From NCBI RefSeq assembly GCF_963853765.1, contig NC_088860.1:5208001-5272000 (forward strand): a stretch of DNA of 64,000 nt. Direction: 5' to 3'. A program made the translations under genes and the position numbers. Shown one piece after another: positions 61,397-64,000 of this stretch. This DNA is from Magallana gigas. Taxonomy: Eukaryota. The notes under the pieces were generated by a model. That model worked only from the letters and a program-made list of their open reading frames with translations. It was not told the origin of the DNA and did not search any database. How positions within the stretch are numbered: position 1 is the first letter of the stretch; every line of letters begins with the position of its first letter.

Positions 61397-62824
61397 TCGT
61401 AGATTCATTGTTTGTGCAACTTTCGCAGACTTCTGCGATATCTTTTTGTCACTTTTGTTCGCCTTAATTTGCAGGTTGAAGATCATGTACATACTAGTTT
61501 ATATGTGTATGTAGATAGCGCTTTAAATCGATGATCTCCAGTGATCCCCAAGTATCCAAAGTCAATAGTAGATCAGAGTTTATTGGTTCAACGTTATACG
61601 ATGACCATAAATAAGGGTAATTGTAAACATCAAATATAGAGTCGTTTTGCCTTCATCTCTCTATGTATGAACTCATTTTCTTACTATAGTCTTCCGTTTG
61701 TTTCTATGTAACTTTTTTCATTCCTTTGCTTCTCTATGCCTCACCATTCCTCTATAATAGAATGAAAAAGGCAAAGACGCTAGAAAACCTGAATGTGTTT
61801 AAATTTATTTTCCCACGTGCATGTTCTGTTAAATAGTTTGTATGTATTAAATAAGCAATACACGAATCGTTTTTATCTCATAGGTTAATAATTATAGGGT
61901 TCACAATTTGTAGAGTTCACTAGAAATTATGTGTATAGGTATGAGTGCTTCGCTCTTTGGAAGACGATGAACGCTTTTCATTCTGTATTATAAAAGAATT
62001 CGGCCTATTCAAAACAATTCATTGGTACATGCCATTAAATTTTCTTAACATAAATAACAAATATTTACATTCCACATATTTTTTGCTTGTAAACTGTATT
62101 GAAAGCTATAGCAATTACAATGTACATGTATAGCACTGTAACACACACAGGGATGTCAAAGGTTAAAATGACGAGTTTTATTATGACTCCACAAACGTTG
62201 AACGCTGTAAACTGCAACGTCACGAGCTAATATCAAACTTCACGCTGGTGGCTGTTACAGTGCACGTGGCTCTTCCATTAATAGGATAAAATAGAAAATT
62301 TAAGGTATAAATCACATTTGCAAACAAGGCAAGAAGTTAAACAAAATGTAAATATAAGCATTAAATTATAATTTTTCGAAAGACCCAGTCTCATAACTGC
62401 AGCGATGTGTGCATACAATTTTTCATAACGCACTTACGCGTATCCTTAATAAAATAATAATGATTCAATGCTTAATTAAATTGATGAAAACCAGGTAACA
62501 TAAATTATACCGGACGGTCTGTAAAGGAGAGGGTCTGTGTAGGCGTTGTCTAAGTTAAGTTAGTTTCGTTTTTCAAAAAAAAAAGTTCGTGATAATTTTA
62601 AGAATGTGATTACAATGATGAAGATACACGTTCGTGATTCTTTTGATTTTAATAGATTAATTGCCCAACACAAAACCTATGGATCCCATTTAGACATGAA
62701 TATGGCAGAGATGATAGCAGCATCTTCTTCTCCTAGTTCCACTGACGATGATGTTCCATTACGCATCAGTCATTGGACTCGATATTAAAGGATAAACATG
62801 AAGTAATTATTACACGGTTGTTAA

Positions 62825-62960
62825 AACGCACTTTGAAAAATTACGCACTTTGAATTTTTTTTTTCAAAGTGCGTTAATTTTTAGACCAAGTCAACGCACT
62901 TTGAATTTTTTTTTTTCAAAAGTGCGTTGATATCGTCAATATCAACGCACTTTGAAAAAA
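62825..62960. repeat. Cluster of direct and inverted ACGCACTTTGAA repeats
   Basis: Four forward copies (62826, 62843, 62894, 62945) and two reverse copies (~62864, ~62916). Confidence 0.85.
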
Positions 62961-63554
62961 AATTGTTCCGGGTTTAGTCAAAATAATTAATACTTTTATA
63001 TACAATAAATGATTGTTTTACCCTTGTGTAGCTTAATTTAAAAAGAACCCATTGCATTCTCAGCTAGCTTGACATACAGTTTCTAGATGAAATTTTTTTT
63101 TCCTCATAAGACAATATCGACAATTTACACACAAAGAACAATTAATTCAGGCTCTTCTTAAAATTGTTCTAAATGCTAAATCTCTGTGGTGTCCGTGGCA
63201 TCATTTTTCTAAAGTGAACTTGATATTTTGCAGAGAGTGGACCGTAGAATATATGATGCAGCAACTAATACCATTTGTTTGAAAATAAACACTTTCAGAT
63301 TTTACCATGAGAAAACATGAGGAAATGCTGGTGTACACAAACGTCGACTAGGGTTCGACAAAGATAAGATGGCCTATATAGTCTTCAACAGGATTCTGTA
63401 TATTTTCTGCAATCCTCGCTATATTCATACCCACAAGAAACAACAATGATAGCAATTTAATATTTAATTGAGAGCAGGAACTGAATTAAGATTTCCAAAA
63501 AGCTGTAACAGATTCCATATATGAAAGAACCATTGTAGGAAACCATTGTCACTA

Positions 63555-63763
63555 CTGTACAAAGGGTTATTTTTCGCCCCATGTTATTATCGCCGATCTA
63601 TTCTTGCAAACAGTTTCGCCCCTTCTTAAATTTGTCCAGAAACAAATGTGTTTAAAGAGATATAATATGATACATTGGAATTCGCCCAGTCTAAAACTTG
63701 TCTGGTGACAATGAAGTCAAGTGGGCGAAAATAATACGGACGCGAATATTTCCTTGTATACAG
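63555..63763. mobile_element. 209-bp MITE with TA target-site duplication
   Basis: TA|CTGTACAAAGGGTTATTTTTCGCCCC ... GGGCGAAAATAATACGGACGCGAATATTTCCTTGTATACAG|TA; repeated TTCGCCC subterminal motifs. Confidence 0.75.
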
Positions 63764-64000
63764 TATGTCTGATCCTCCACATCTTCTCATTCGGTCATAT
63801 ATACGTGTAACAAAGATAGCCGATAGCGGTATCAGATTAGAGAGCTTCATTTTTTCAACTAAAAGTTATACCAAAAGAAATTTCTTTTTTGAAAGCAACA
63901 GTCAAAAATGAAGTCAAAATCAACGTTCAAATAAGAAAAATCCTTTTGAACATAAAACACTTCAAGGCACACTGTACGTTTTTACAAATGTGTTAAATTA

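Noticed and set aside
62133-62263. 10-bp inverted repeat GCACTGTAAC/GTTACAGTGC suggesting a CACTA-like MITE
   Set aside because: Too short and no TSD; could be chance
1-64000. tRNA, rRNA, snRNA or miRNA genes
   Set aside because: I recognised no cloverleaf, box A/B pair or conserved RNA sequence by eye; the hairpins found are explained by transposons. tRNAscan-SE and Infernal were not run.

Overview
AT-rich eukaryotic DNA with spliced genes, four assembly gaps and many non-autonomous DNA transposons. It looks like a draft bivalve genome, possibly an oyster (inference from repeat types and gene structure). Three protein-coding units are supported. (1) The 3' part of a prominin gene on + (19 exons reconstructed, 2182..11273), with a 5'-truncated LINE in one intron. 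(2) A complete four-exon Hhex homeobox gene on - (33501..23672) in a large CpG-enriched non-coding landscape with CTCF-like motifs. (3) An intronless 360-aa ORF on - (60399..59317) with a full set of RecB/Cas4-type PD-(D/E)XK nuclease motifs and a C-terminal transmembrane tail anchor. About 200 bp upstream of that ORF is a 796-bp element with a 9-bp target-site duplication; it carries a CCAAT box, a YY1 motif and a consensus splice donor pointing at the nuclease. This nuclease plus its possible transposon-supplied promoter is the best candidate for an undescribed system. All assignments were made by eye, without database searches.
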